Source of the DNA: Lytechinus pictus
Lineage: Eukaryota
Direction of reading: 5' to 3'
Assembly (NCBI RefSeq): GCF_037042905.1
Contig: NC_087252.1
Coordinates: forward strand, 868,001 to 932,000
Length of the DNA stretch: 64,000 nucleotides
Shown: positions 46,415 through 60,947 of the stretch, in pieces
Numbering within the stretch: position 1 is the stretch's first letter
How the letters are laid out: every line of letters starts with the position of its first letter
Notes under the pieces: model-generated
The model's input: the letters and a program-made list of their open reading frames with translations, nothing else
Told to the model about the DNA's origin: nothing
Databases searched by the model: none
Program-made: the position numbers and the translations under genes

Positions 46415-47380
46415 TGGCAGCCGTCTGTTTCGAGGAGTTTTTCAACTTTTTTTAATTTTTTTAATTTCTCCTCGTTCACAGACGGCTCGCTAGCGTGTCG
46501 CCGCCATTAGGCATGTTATGGGAGGTACAATGCAAATTCCCCCCGACGGGGCTCATCAATTTTTGTCTTTATTTCATAAATATACCGGTAGGATATATGA
46601 AAATAAATGGACAAAAATGCGAATTGATATTCCCTCTTGGAATTAATTGCCAAAAACGAGGGAAAAAATAAAGTTAAAAGGAAAAAAAACAGCGACTTAC
46701 CTCGGCTGTCGTGTAGCTCCTAGTCCTACTCCTAGTTCACTCGTTCATCCGAAGTCGATATAACACACAAACATTTGCCGTTGGAAGAACTTCGGGGTCA
46801 ACTGCGTATCAAAACCATTGGCCAATCAGATCATCTCTTTTACGTCTGGTTTATGAATACTAAAATTCTAGACGTTTTTTTCCCTTTTCCTTTATCTCTT
46901 TCTCTTTCGTTTTCTCTCTTTTTTGTTTTGCTTTTCTTTTTATTTTTTATTTCCCCTTTTTTCTTTTGTTTCTTTAACTGCTCCTTTCTTTTCCCCTTCT
47001 GTAATGTGTGACGTAAAGGTCATGGGGCGGAGTTTGACTTTCGTCGGCCACTTTTTCATGAATTATTCATTACCAAGATGGCTGCCCACTAGTCCGAGTT
47101 GCAAGTGTCAACTTTCAGAGTTAATCCCCTGATTGCCAGTTTTAAAGCGGGAATTTAGGGTAAGAAACTGTCGTTACTTATACATTTTCAGCTATAGGTG
47201 CATATGAATGAACTTTTGGTGGAAAATATCGCAGTATCGAGGAGAAAAACAAGAAATTAGCGGTGGCCATTGAGCCCCTGTACAGACGACGGTTTAACTT
47301 CGGTCTATGTATTTGGTGAGTGGAGCCAACGGAGTTCAGCTGATCAACCAACATAACAGAGACCGAAGCTTTTGGTCTAT
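46415..47380. repeat. Dispersed structured repeat, copy 2, containing a promoter-like core
   Basis: Homologous to 20790-21240 with about 490 extra bp in the middle. Confidence 0.8.
46690..47170. promoter_or_regulatory. Probable bidirectional TATA-less promoter
   Basis: ATTGGCCAAT (46817-46826), TGACGTAA (47009), GGGGCGGAG (47024), YY1-like CAAGATGGCTGC (47074), E2F-like GCGGGAAT (47147); outward-facing donors GAG|GTAAGT (minus, 46700) and AGG|GTAAGA (plus, 47160). Confidence 0.55.
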
Positions 47381-48244
47381 GGCATGGCATAATCCATCAT
47401 CATCATCACGGGTACACAGCAACAGAACGAGAGTTCCATGACGCTGTGGATCCTTCATTCCTTGGACTTTGTAAAAAACTTCTGGCTGGGTATTTGAATT
47501 GTTTATTTGTAACTTTTGTCTGCCCTGGAAAAATTTACTTGCATCGGCTGTCCCAATGCCATGGCAATGGGGGGGGGGGGGGGGGGGGGGGAGAAAAAAA
47601 ATCACAATTCACAGTCACACACAATGACACAGCACAGGGAAAGAAAACAGCAACACAAGAGAAAACTGTTAGCCTCTTCAAGGAAGAGGTACAGAGCATC
47701 CTGCTTTGCTAATAGAGGGGCATGGTTTTTTACATGTACAGCTACACGTCTTAGTAACTTTTTAGAATCTTTTAAAATGGCACTGTACATACATGTACTC
47801 CACACCAGATCAGACCTGCCAAATATACATGTAGTATGATAATACACCTGATGGTGAACTGTAATTCAGAAGAAGAAAACATATGATACACAGTGAGCAA
47901 CTTGCCATTTTGTAACCCTTTTTATTTTTCTTTTAATAACCCTCGACATTTTTTTGAATGGTTAGAAAATGGCAAATTTTGTCTATCTTGTACAGTTTTG
48001 CTCATTGTTTAAAACTGATCTTAGGGTATTTTGGGAGGAGTTTACATGTATCTAAGCTAACACAGATAAACAAGAAATGATTTTTTTTTAAGAGAGTGAA
48101 AATAGAAATATGATGTTTCTCTTGATATTTTTTCATTGAAATCTATTCCAAATGCAATTTTTTTTTATTATTCAAAAGGTCAATTTTGCCCATAAAATAA
48201 TGTGACTGGCATGGCACCCTCAAAACTTTTGGCTCATGCTATTT

Positions 48245-48470
48245 CTGGATCTGGATGTGTACGATGCAGGGCCCTCCTGGGCATAAACGCATCGGGTGAG
48301 AGAGGGCGGAGTGAGGATTAGAAGGTTCTGTCAATGGCCTTCTTAAATGTGCTTGTTGAGTTGATGACGGCGTCACTCAGGTGATTCCACTCAATGATAG
48401 TGGATGGGAAGAACGAGTTCCTGTATTGTTCAGTTCGAGCTCTGATTGGATTATAGCACTTGTTATTATT
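48245..48470 (-). mobile_element. 5'-truncated CR1/L2-group LINE 3' end
   Basis: Minus frame PIRARTEQYRNSFFPSTIIEWNHLSDAVINSTSTFKKAIDRTF* (stop at 48318) carries the typical ORF2 C-terminal SFFP..W..L motif; short 3' UTR ending in TCCAGA repeats. Confidence 0.8.
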
Positions 48471-49040
48471 TGTCACTTGCCTATCTATGATATTTGTAGT
48501 GTCACAGTTTTCAAATTGTTTGGCACGGATACGTCTTTTAGATTTTATAGGTTGAGCAAATGATATTTATAAATTATTGTACATATATATAGGAAGCTGT
48601 TTTACCTTTGTTGGGGAAATGTACATGTATGTACAGAGGATACATTTGGAAGGACCAGTTACATGTTTTGTTTTTTTTTTCTTCAAAATATGTATCTCAC
48701 GTTACAATCAATACAGAGGTTTATCATATATGTGCATGGTTCAGGGCACTATATGTTTGGAGATTCATATATGTTTGGACGGGATGGAAGATTTTTTTTA
48801 GCATAAATTACATATCAACCCCTTTAATAGTACATGTAGCCTGGCAGGGAAATCACTAAGGGTCTGGGGGCGATTTATCCCCTGAAATGCTCAAAAGAGC
48901 ACTGGAAAACCCCATTTATCGTAATGTTATCAAATGTTGCAGATTTAAACAGTTGTGAAAAGGAGCCCAACCCCCCCCAAAAAAAATATGTAATGGGCAG
49001 GAAGATGCAGCTGCTCAGAGTAAATGCTTTCCGTGATTAA

Positions 49041-49606
49041 AGGAAAATGAAACATTTGGAACAAGATATCTTGTGGGAAAACAGAAGAACCAGAGAAACA
49101 GAACAACGAAAGATTAAGAAAAATTGAGTAAATAAAGTTACGAGCATTTGAAATTAATAGATCATTATTGTATAAATGTAGATCATCCCATTGGCAATGT
49201 GACAAAGATGTGTGATGACACATGAGAACAACTTTCCCATTACTTTTGTATAATTTACCTTAAACTACCTGGTTTATCTGATCTATCATTAGATCATATA
49301 TTCTTTCGATAGTACTAGTAGGGCAAGTAATAGAGGTAACCAAAGAATTATGGATAAAGAGTTTGTATCACCAAAAAAAAAGAGCTAAAAGAGACATTTT
49401 GAGGGTATTTTATAGTCCATTACAGGGAAAGTTGTTCACATGTGACTTCACACATCTTTGTCGCATTGCCATTAGGAGGATGTCCATGGCATTAATAGTG
49501 TTTGCAATATTAATATTCGTCCGATTTTTCTCAACCTTTCTTCGATCTTAGACTTTGATTTTTCTGTTTCCACACAAGCCCACTTATTCAAAATTTTTAA
49601 TTCCCT
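49041..49606. mobile_element. Kolobok-like non-autonomous element
   Basis: TTAA|AGGAAAATGAAAC ... TTTTAATTCCCT|TTAA with inverted TTGTGGGAAAACAGAA / TTTCTGTTTCCACACAA. Confidence 0.65.
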
Positions 49607-51727
49607 TTAATTTTTTGCTAATGTCTTAACTTTCAGAAAACATACATCATTGCCCGATTATAGTTATTCCCATCATGTGACTTGGTGATGTCATATCCAG
49701 ATTTAGAAAACAAGAGAGATTTGTTTTATAAAAGATAATAAATAATTTTCTGTTTTGCCAAAGAGAAACTTCACTAAACTGTAAACAGGGCGAGGAAGAC
49801 TGTTAGGAAATGGATGTCAAGGGTTTTTTTTTTTTAATGACTCTGACTCACCTCAACACTCTACAGTTCGTTCCAAAATGAATGCTTCCTTTTGAATCAG
49901 ACTCGTATCCAAAATTTTGTACATTTTTATTAGAACAAAACATCCCATAATCACTTGTTATTCATTTGAGTTGGTGCAGTGTTTGAATGTTTGTAATTTG
50001 ATATATCTGTGCAGGGGGGGCCTTTTCAACATATGCAACTTTCAAAGGTTGTTTTGCAAATGATAAAGAAAGTCAGGAAAAACAAAAGGACATAAAAACA
50101 GCAAAGACAAAAAAGTTGTCATTTTTAGCACATTACCCTTACCCTTACCTTTTTTTAAATCAATATTTGATAAAAGGGAAGGGGCTGTTTTGGTCATTTC
50201 ACTTTCAGTGGCAACATTCTGAATTGTGCTAGGCTTCTACAGCAGGTGCTTTTCCACTTTCATTCTCGAGTGCTCAATTGTAGGGTCCTGAACAAGTACT
50301 TGCTTTTCATGTAGATTCATACATGTAGTTTAAATCGACATTGGAGATCTACATGTGAACACACCCCTGTGTGTTTTCCACATTGAAGATTGTTTTACTC
50401 AGTATTGGGGATTTGTGTGAACACAGTTTTGTAGTTTACATGACATCTGTTTTCAATTTTGGGGATTTGTGTGAATGTGACTTTATACAAGAATACCACA
50501 CATGTTAGTATGTAATAGACAATTGTTTGAATCAATGTTTGGAATTTGTATTTGATCATACATGTACTGCTCGTACATTTTAATGGAATAGACAAGAGTT
50601 TGAAACTTTGAATCGATATTGAGAATCAGTGTAAACACAGCATGTATGTATAAATGTAGCTGATCCACTTGATGGTTATTGTGTTGCCAAAAGCACATTC
50701 CATATTATTGACTTGCAAATTACATTTACCTAAAGTGACTTCAAGTGTGAAATAAAATACTCTACTGTCTACATGTAGTGTCGACCACTTGGCTGAGAGC
50801 AAAGAAATTTCATAGGACACTTCCTTTGCAAAATTATTTGTTCGCATTTCATACAGCTGGTGAGCTTTCATGAAACATTTTATCAGCGATGTTCCCTGAC
50901 AATATTCATAAGTTTGCTGATATCCTGGCATCTGATTGGCTGAAAACAATTTGTCATTGAAATTCACTGACAAGAGGTTTTATGAAATGCTCCCCTTACA
51001 TACTTACATTCCTCCTTCTGATCTAGAATTACTTGTAGTGTCTAAAAAATAAGCTTTTGAAATCTGACTTGACTGTTGATTTAATTTTTAATGTCTTATA
51101 TGATTGACAGTATCACAAAGCTTTGTGATTGATTGTAAAGTTTATTTGTGTGCTTCATTGCACGTACTGTACTTGTAGTCCTCAATAAATGCTTTGAGTA
51201 CGATCAAAGTTTTGTGTTACATGGCCTAGAATGTACATGTACAGTGTAGTTCAGAAAATATCAAATTTTGACGTACATGTATTTGTTCATGAAGTATAGT
51301 GAAGGTGTATTGGGCCTGAAATGAATTTATGTATTTTTTTTATTCAGTCAGATAATTGCCTATAATAGATCAAGGAGATTTTAATCTCCTTGAATAGATG
51401 GAGACAGATTATGTTTGTGTCAGGAGTAGTGTAAATGACAGCTACATGTACACGTTGGCCTACATCTTTCTATTGTATTGGAAATGTCACTTTTCCCATT
51501 CCAATTTTCCATATTCTTTTGCCAGAGTACAGGCAGTGGCATTTTTTTTATCCATAGAGGAATTAATGAAATTATCCTTGATCTCGACCTTGAACTTGAC
51601 CTTGAAACTTGTGTGACTGGTTACAAATTTTAATGTCAAAAGCAATTTGGCTGCTTGTAAAAGGTTAATCCTACCATTAGCCCGTTATCCTTTAATAATA
51701 GTTGAATAGTTTTTAGGGGAAGTCCAG

Positions 51728-51856
51728 GGTCCTGTAACACAAAGGTTAGCGATTGATCGTACACTTGATTTTCACGATTGATTGTACATTGTAGTCAATG
51801 GAATCAGTCGTAAAAAAATGTTCGACAATCATTGCTAAGTTTTGTGTTACAGGCCC
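51728..51856. mobile_element. Short Harbinger-like MITE
   Basis: CAG|GGTCCTGTAACACAAA ... TTTGTGTTACAGGCCC|CAG. Confidence 0.75.
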
Positions 51857-54800
51857 CAGCAGGTTATCTTTCCTGAATGTACATGTAAAGTTTACATTTG
51901 GGCCTACATGTACATGTACAAATGCTCTCTTGTGCAAAATAGACAGAAAACAGGTATGCAGCTCAACGTATTTTAAAGTTGGTTGCTTTTTTAGTGAAAA
52001 TTTGATTGAAAATCGACAAGGAATGTATTATACAGTATTCAATGATACTTGATAGAAGATTCAATCAAGATAGTCTTTAGAGCTTTTCTATAAAAGACTT
52101 TGGTATAAAAAGGATCGTAATTTGCGCTCTAGTAGTATTATTTTGTGAAATGGTACTACAGTGTATTATACATGTATGGAGAGCTATTGAATTTTTGTTC
52201 AGCTGCATATTTTCTGTGAAAATTGTAATATCTAGCAGACACTGGTCTGAACTCTGAATAGCGCTTTAGCCTGAATCAGTCTACATGCAGATGACTCATA
52301 TTCTTACATGTATGTTCTTTGGTGCCTTCAAAATCACTGATTCATAAATCACAGTAAAGTACAAAGTGTATGTGCGATATAGTGTTCAAAGGGGTGAAGC
52401 TTCACGCAGACTACCACTTTCCAATTGTCAAAAATAAATCAAGATTTATGATACCTTTCTCTGATTTGATACCTGACGGTAAAGGATTACTAACTTTTGT
52501 GCGGCAACGTGTGTTATCATGAGCTAAGTACATGTAGTACAAAATTATACTATAAACTGACTACTGAAATATGAGCTAGAACGAAATACAGTACCTACAT
52601 GTAGGCCTAGATCTATTGTCATGAATATCACAATATCTCCAGTTTGCTTTTCATAGCCAAACTTTTAAAATGTTTAAACCTCATAATAATCTGCTTTATG
52701 AAATTAAATGACTTTTTTTTTTGGGGGGGGGGGGGGTCGGGGGGCTTGCACAATACTGTCTGACAATTCCTGATGAGAAATCGGCATCTCCTTGGTGGAA
52801 ACAAAAGCTGCTGGAATCATTGCATGTGATAAGGAAAATTAGTAGTACTAAAAATTATTGACACAATTGAACAATTTTCATGAAAAAGTCACAAATAAAA
52901 ACAAGATTTCCCTTACAATTAAAGAGTCATAAATCACAACATGATGTAGAGCTGCATACATTTTTACATAGTGTACATGTAGTATGTACCTGTACATTTA
53001 GGCCTATATAGTGCTCAGTTTTTTCCATGCAGCCCATTCATTTCAAAAATTAAAAAACAATGATATCAGAACCTGAATTTGATAGTGGATTTCAAATGTG
53101 ACCACAGTCACCTATTTTTGTGTGCCTAACCCTTGAGAAAGGCCCCATAGCTGAGAGTATGTCAAAGTGTGCTCAATATAAATAGATCTATCTACTTCAA
53201 GACTTTTGCCTACAGGTAGATGTAGATGTACATGTAGATGTGCTCATATGTAGAATTCAGCAGTCGATACTCTAGAAAGAAAGTGTTCTACATACATTTA
53301 CCTTTACTTTATATAGATGTTTACAAATGCACTGTACATCAGGGGAAGTCCACCTCAACAAAAAGTTCATTTGAATATGAGAAAATCCAACAACGCTGAG
53401 AATTTAATGAAAAACATGTAATAAAGAAATATTTTGAATTATTGTTTATATTTCACCAAACTACAGTATATGTTTTGTCACTTTTTGTGTACTGTGTAGT
53501 GTATAGTATAAAGCGTCTACCACATTTGCACACTAACCAGGTTGTGCATACAACTGTTTAAAATTGAGTTACATTTTGGAATATACATGTACTTGTATGG
53601 TTGAAATTTACCATTTTTAATTATTATAGGACACCTAATTCATTTGTCATTTTACAATTAATCAATATTTTTTATGATTGATGAATTCCCTTTAAACCTC
53701 AATCTCCCTCTTCAAGCCATGACAGGTGCCAGGGATATGTACAGCTGTAATGTGACTGCTGGGGGATAGGAATGTTTTACACGAGAGTAATTTTATTTGA
53801 TATAATTTTTTTTTTCAAGTGATCGTTATTTATGATGGGATCTTGTTTCCAAAGAATTTTGTGTAAAACACTGATTGAATTCTACATTCATATAAATATG
53901 ATAAGTCATGGAAATAATTTCACATCTTTCAAATTATGCAATCATGAGATACTGAAAAAGAATTATTTTGATTTTAAAGAACCATTGACAACATTGGCAA
54001 CATTGCCGATATTATGGTGTGTATTTTGACATTAGCATCTACATGTATAGGCCTTACAGTTCAAGGTGCTTGTATCATAAATTTTGCTGGTGTTATTGTA
54101 CATATGTGCAGGTGCAACAATGATCAAGTAGTTGGATGCACAAATTTAGCTATTAAAATGTATAGCCCAGTCATTAATCTTTTGTTCACATTTATCACAA
54201 TAGTTCCCACTTCCGAATCAAAATTTATTCTGTAGTTGAAACACCATTTGTACACCCGTCTGAAATCCCTATGTGAGTCATTCCATAACCTTCCTTGCTG
54301 CACTACATGTAAAAAATACTGCATTCTTTTCAGAATGGAGGTACAATAGGTTGTTTCAAACCGCCTCGATCATTAATTATTCCTGCATTCACACCGCCCC
54401 GAAACATACCCTTCGGGATAAGTCCCTGAAGTTACAAACATGCGCAGCATGGTCTAATAAGCAGGCAAGGCGCGAGATTCAAAACCACTAGCCCAGCAGC
54501 CACCCACGGCGCCCGCGCCCAACGACACGCTTGGCTAAAAGTTCCCGTAAATTGCTTTCACATTGCCAAAATACCTGCGACCTTGGAAAAATCCCGAGAA
54601 AGTTCTCGTAATTTTGACAAGTACCTACTATTTAGTGGGTATTTTCTTTCGGGGGGAGATAACGTGTATTTTGCTTTCACATTGCCAATATTACCTGGTA
54701 TTTTCTGATTGGGGTAAATTTCCCGATCAGAAAATACTTGGAACTGATGAACTTCGAGGTAGTCTGAAACCACCTATTGTAGCTAGGTTGATTGTTGAAC

Positions 54801-57544
54801 TGCCTTTTCCTATTAAACTACATAGTTTACATAATGCACCACAATAAAGCCTTTACTGCCTTACAGGTGTGTATTTTTTGGTACTGAGAGTTTATTGGAG
54901 CATGGACCTGTCAGAGTAGTAGGTCCATGATTGGAGAGAACTGTAATCGTCTGATTGATTCTGATCTCAGTCACTGCTCACCTACATGCATTGTAGGCCT
55001 ACAGTGTAGATTCATGAGTACAAGAATTCCATCTTCAATCAGATCATGTTAAGATTTGCACTGAATATCTTTCTTTAAAATTTGTTCATTACTTGAAAGC
55101 AAATGTACATGTAGGCCTATATACATGTACATGTATTGTGTTCTCCTGAACACCATTCAAGTTTTTGTGATCCAGATATATGATTGAATTGAACAATCTT
55201 TTGCTTGCTTGGAAATTGAAAAAAAACCTGATGTTATCTACATTATAGATAGATTTGATAATTGTCAATCTATTAAACATGTATTGTGGAGGCTGGTACC
55301 CTTTGAGCATGGTCCATACTTCGACTGGATCAACTTTAAGAAAAGAACAGAAAATCAGGAAAGCCTATTGAGAAAGAACTGGAGAAATAGAAGCATGTGG
55401 ACTGTGGAGAAAAGGGGGAAAATATACTCTTTTTCATTCACTTTCCTTCTCTCTGTATGTCTCAACGCACTGTAGGAAGTGTTTATTGTTAGTCCGCTAT
55501 TAGAGATTTCCCTGTTTACATTGCATTGCACCAGAGTCCAGCAAACCAACTGTTTCTGCTCCTTTTTGACTCCAAAGAATTTATAAAGAAAACTGCAGGC
55601 AAAATAAATGTCATATTTTCTGGCAGTCTTGGAGCATGTAGGTCAGGGATGCATCCATGTTTTTCCAAATCGGTGGGGGGGGGGGGGGGGCACTTTCCCA
55701 AGAAAATTTTGACAAGCAAAATAAAAAGGTTTTCACACAAAAAAATAAGGTCATTTTGTCCTGCGTAAGTAAAATTTGACAAGCAAAAAAAAAAGGTCCT
55801 CACTTGTGTATGAATGACATATTCCCATTAAAAATATTTGCTGTGACTCTCAATGAGGGGGGGGGGGGGGACAACCTATTTTATGTACATTAACAATATT
55901 GACTACCGGTAAATGTATGTCTCTCATAAGGGGGGGGGGGCATGTGCAGGAAATTCTCCCCCCCCATCCCTTGGATCTACCACTGATGTACATGTACATG
56001 TAGGTGATGACACATTGGAAGATGGCATCTACATGTACCTCATCCAAGGATGTCCTGCTTCTGGACGTCCATTTAGTGGCCTTGACCGTATTGATTTTGA
56101 ACCGCTTGACGAAAATACAGCAGATCGATTAGTACAATTATTTCATGCACTGTATGTCCAAATGTGACGAGGTAAATTAGGTTACTACAGCATGGTGTAT
56201 GCAATGAGCAGAATAGTCTGTTTTAAGGGGAGTAGGGGACGCTCACCCTAACATATTGATTTTGTTAAAAGCCAAATAAATATAGAAAATATTGGTTAAG
56301 GCTTGACGAAAGTCTGTCTAAGAATAATGGAGTTGCTTTATGATTCTTTTTTTCACTGAAAACAACATTTTCGGGAACAAATTATTAATCTCAAACACAC
56401 CTGTTCCTTCAGTCTTCATTGAGCATCATTGTTTTATTTTTTAAAGAATAGAATGAGAAATGATGCAAAAGAGCAAATTCTATTTAAAAACATCCTAAAA
56501 TTTTGATGTGTGTACAATGTACATGTATATTGTTCACACATGAAAAAAAAATCAAATTCCTGCAGTGATGCTCATTAAAACAGATTTGTACTTGTTTTTG
56601 TGAATAAAAATCATTTGATTTATCTCTTGGGGAGATTAATACACATGTCATACTAACACTTTACAGAATGAAGTCCAGAAGATCTCTCCAGTCAATTTAT
56701 TTTCCATCTTTTGAAGTACTATTTATGATTTTGGTTGACATTTTCAAAGCATCTGCTTTACAACACACAGATGAGACACTGCAACTCAGAGTTTTCAAAG
56801 AATTATCAAGACCAATTCTCCTCTGCAGGCCTCAAATTTTTTTCGTATGAACACATACTCAACTTGCATCATTTCAAAACTAAAATATGATCATTTTCAT
56901 TCATCTTTATGAAATAAAAACAAAATAGAGTGATTCATTTTTTCAATCATTCACTGGTTATCTTTGTTCGCAAATCACTTTTATGACTATACATGTTTAC
57001 CAGTACACCTAATTGAACATCCAAAATTGTTGTTCACATACAGTGTAGAAGTTGATTTTGATTTGTAGTCTTTTGAATTTTTTTTTTCAAGTTTTTGAAT
57101 TTACAAAATATATTTATGATTTATACTACTTAAATTATTTACCTGAATAATGAGTGAAAATACATGTATGTGAAGATACCATATGAAAGCATAAAAACCT
57201 TTATATAAAGGAATTGAATCTCACATGATGGAACTGAATGTGTGAAAGTCTTCAAACAGGTTGAATATTTGAGCACGAACTTGACAACTTTCTTTAGACC
57301 CATCTCAAAAGAATAATGCATGTAAACTGATGCGGTAATTGAGAACTTCAAAACGCACTGGCTATGGAGGAGATTCGCCGGGGAAAGGCGTCTTAGTTGA
57401 ATTTGAATCAGGAGAACGGGTGAGGCACGTACAGAGGGATTGTGAGGGGCTGAGAGGTGGGAAAGAAATATAAAGATGTATTGATTAGCGGGATTGAGAG
57501 AGATTTGAAAGATAGAAAGATGGTGAGTATAGAAAAGGATTTCT

Positions 57545-57885
57545 ATGGAGGAAGGAAAGGGTGAAGGCTTGGTGGAAAGAAGAGAAGGAAAAGGAGGAGA
57601 GAGAGAAGGAGAAGGGGGAGGAGTAGAGGTGGAGAAGAAGAAGAAGGAGATTGAGAATAATAAAAAGGAAATGGCAAAGGATGAGAATAAAAAGAAGAAG
57701 AGGGAAAAGGAGAAGAAGAAGAGGAAAAAGGAAGGAGGGGAGGAATAATAATAATAATAAGAAGAAGAAAAGAAGAAGAAGAAGGAGGAGAAGAGGAAGG
57801 GGGGGGGGAGAAGAGGAGAAGAAGGAAGAGGAGGGGGGGGGAGAGGAGAAGGAGGAGTCTTTGAGAGAGAGAGAGAAAAAAAAAG
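57545..57885. repeat. Purine-rich low-complexity tract
   Basis: (GAA/GGA/AAT)n mix; source of the spurious 255-aa and 162-aa ORFs. Confidence 0.9.
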
Positions 57886-60800
57886 AATATTTAAAAAAAT
57901 GCACACACAAAATGAAACAAAAGAAACAATATTTCTGCTTTAATTCCATCCAAGAGTTGAAAAAGTAGACCACTTGGAGCTGAACAAAAGGAGGAAATGA
58001 ATTGCTATCAAAATAGTGTTAATAATGAATTTGACATTTTCCTGTTTGATCTTGATACTTGGCAACATTTCAAACTCAGGTCTAAGAATAAAACTTGGGA
58101 AATTTGGATTACAACTTCAATATCAAACTTTGCATAGTTTTGCACATTGTAATGACACTACATTTTCTTTTATAATAATGTTTGAATAGTTAAGCATTCA
58201 TTGCAGTGCGTTTGTTATCAGCCCTTGGCACACTAATGTTGCAATCTTGCACATTCGTACATGTACATTTAAGTTCAACAATCGTAATAGTTTGTTTTCT
58301 CTTTTGCCTTTGTACTGGAGATTCTAACAAATTGCCAAAAGTTTCTTGGGTACCATCTATTCAATAATTCTGTAACAAAAATGCAGTAGGAAATCTCGTG
58401 TTTTGCAGATTCAAGTTCCAATGCAATTGTCAATTATCCCCAGGTACATGTATTATTATTTCAGCATGCAATGAGTTAAAGACTTACTTTCCAACACTGA
58501 ACTTTTCAAGTATTGTCCAATCTGCATGCAAAGTTAGGTTTCAGATTTCAGCATTTTTTCCTTTAAAAAAATCAGATTAAATTTATTGTTCATGTAGGTC
58601 TTTTATAATCTCCATGACAATGTGCAATATAAAAAGAATAAAAGGGAGCTGTGGTATGTAATGCTCATGTGACCTTTATATTACAGTATCTTGGAAATTG
58701 TTTTTATTATGAATGAATATGATAAATTAAAGGGGTTAACAGAGTACATGTACATGTATCATAGTTTGGAACGCTTCTCAGATCATCCCATATTTCATAC
58801 AAATGTATATTTATGAGGGGATTTGCTTGTACTTTAAGCCGCGCGGGGAATGATACAAGATTAGAGCGTACGCTGTCAATATGGGATTGCCCTTACATGT
58901 AAATGCTCTTATCTTGCGTCTATTGGATTCTAATGTAGACAATTCGCAAAGGATGGTAATCCTAAGATTAGAGCACTCTACCCTTAATGGCCTCATTCAC
59001 ACAGAGAAAAAGTTATACTGGTAATTGTGAAAAAAATGTACATATTGTCAATTTTAACTGTCTGTGCTCTGAAAGGAAAAGAAAAACATTGAAGAAAAAT
59101 TAATAAATGTTTTTATTAGTTTTAATAATAGAATTAGAAAGAACTTTTGAAGAATAACTGTCATGCCCTGAATGACATAGGGCCTACATGTACGCCTATA
59201 TTCTACAACTACATGTATCGGTCCATGTTTTACAGACACTCATTCTTTCTGCAGATGCATATTTTGGGGGGAACAATTGTAATTTTGCTATAAAGTATTC
59301 AATATTTCCCTCTTCCCACAAGTCCCAAGAAAAACAAAACAATACATGTATACTAGAGGAAAAAAAATCAGTAACTTACAGTATGATCCTGATGAGGTTC
59401 ATCAGGGGAGAATTCATGAGACAAATCCTTGTTATAAGCTACTGAAATCTGTGCACCTGATTGGAGCAGATCAATTTTGCAAGTGAAAATCAATGAAAAG
59501 ATGCTTTATGAAACACCCCCCCCCCCCGATTGGCATTTACATGTACATGTATGAGAAAATGTTTTTTTTTTATTTCTTGAGTAATCAGGGAAATTTACAC
59601 AGAGTGAGATAACACTTGAATAAATATCTATTGAACTTGTATTTACACCTGTACAATGCATGACCAATATCTAGAATTGTCACAGGAAATGCCTTTTCCT
59701 GATGTGATAAAAGTCTTCCCATTGTCAGAGATGCCCCCATTAAAAGGAGAATAATGAAATAAACATACATGTACTTGTACTGTAGCCTATATGTTTTCCT
59801 CTTTTAATGTTTTTCTGATTGTATGTTTTTGTGCATATCTTCATATACTGGATATGTTATACATGTACATCATACATGTGTATTGATTGATGCAATGTCA
59901 GACAAATGCATTAAATAATAAAAAGTGTTTGCTACATAAATCTGCCCTTTTTAAGCCCCACTTTTCCAAGGAATTCCTCATGTGAAATAGAATGCATAAT
60001 TTGATTCATCATTCATAAATTTCAATCATGGTCCTTTGTCTTGCTTTGAATACATACTACTTGTACATGTAGTTGATTGTAGTTGGGTGGGGGGCAAAGG
60101 ATTGTGAAATCAAATTGTTGTGACGTTTTGGATAAATGCTGTTTACATGTATGCTGGTAATCTAGGTACTTGGTTCTTGCACTGTACCATGATTTATTCA
60201 CCTCGTCTGAATGGGACTAGGGGATTGCAAATCAAATCATTATCGGGACGCAGTCTCTGCTAAATGTGGCCTACTCAAGTACATTCATAAAGTAATTGGT
60301 CATAGCCCAGCATACAGCTGACTTTGGACGTACCGTGGGAGGTAGTGCTCTCTTTGTTTGCTCGCCAGCAGGTATTACTTTTTTTTTCTTCTCTCGTTCA
60401 TTGTTCTCTTGTTTTCATTGTTGCCTCAAATCATATTTACATTCCATATTAAAAGAATGTTAAGTCAAAGAATAAGCGTGACTCATTTCATAAAATTGTT
60501 TTCTTTGAAAACTATGCATTTGTATAAAGACAGGTTTTAATGGTATTTTGGAATGCCTATTGTGGTGTAGCAACAATAGCTGGTTCATATTTTTGTACTT
60601 TTCTCTGTTTATGAAGTATTTTTCTTCATTGTTCTATTGTCCTTGTGTTGTAATTTGTAAATATTTTTGTTACTGTACAAAATAGAAAAAATACCCCCCC
60701 CCAAAAAAAAATATATACCCCCTGTATATAAAATATGTAACAATCAATTTTGCCTGACACTGGTCAATCAGAATATGTGAAATAGTTGTTCAGTATACCA

Positions 60801-60947
60801 ATTAGAACTGTCGTATTCTGGTTTAAAAATTGAGCATGAATAAAGGGTCCACATTGGTACAAAACTTAAGACTACAATGTACAAAGACTTGGAGAGGGTG
60901 CATTGTTTTTTTTATACATGTATGTATTATACATTTGTAGCTATTCA

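Noticed and set aside
57139..57973. 255-aa and 162-aa minus-strand ORFs
   Set aside because: Produced by a purine-rich low-complexity tract; F/S/L/P-only composition.
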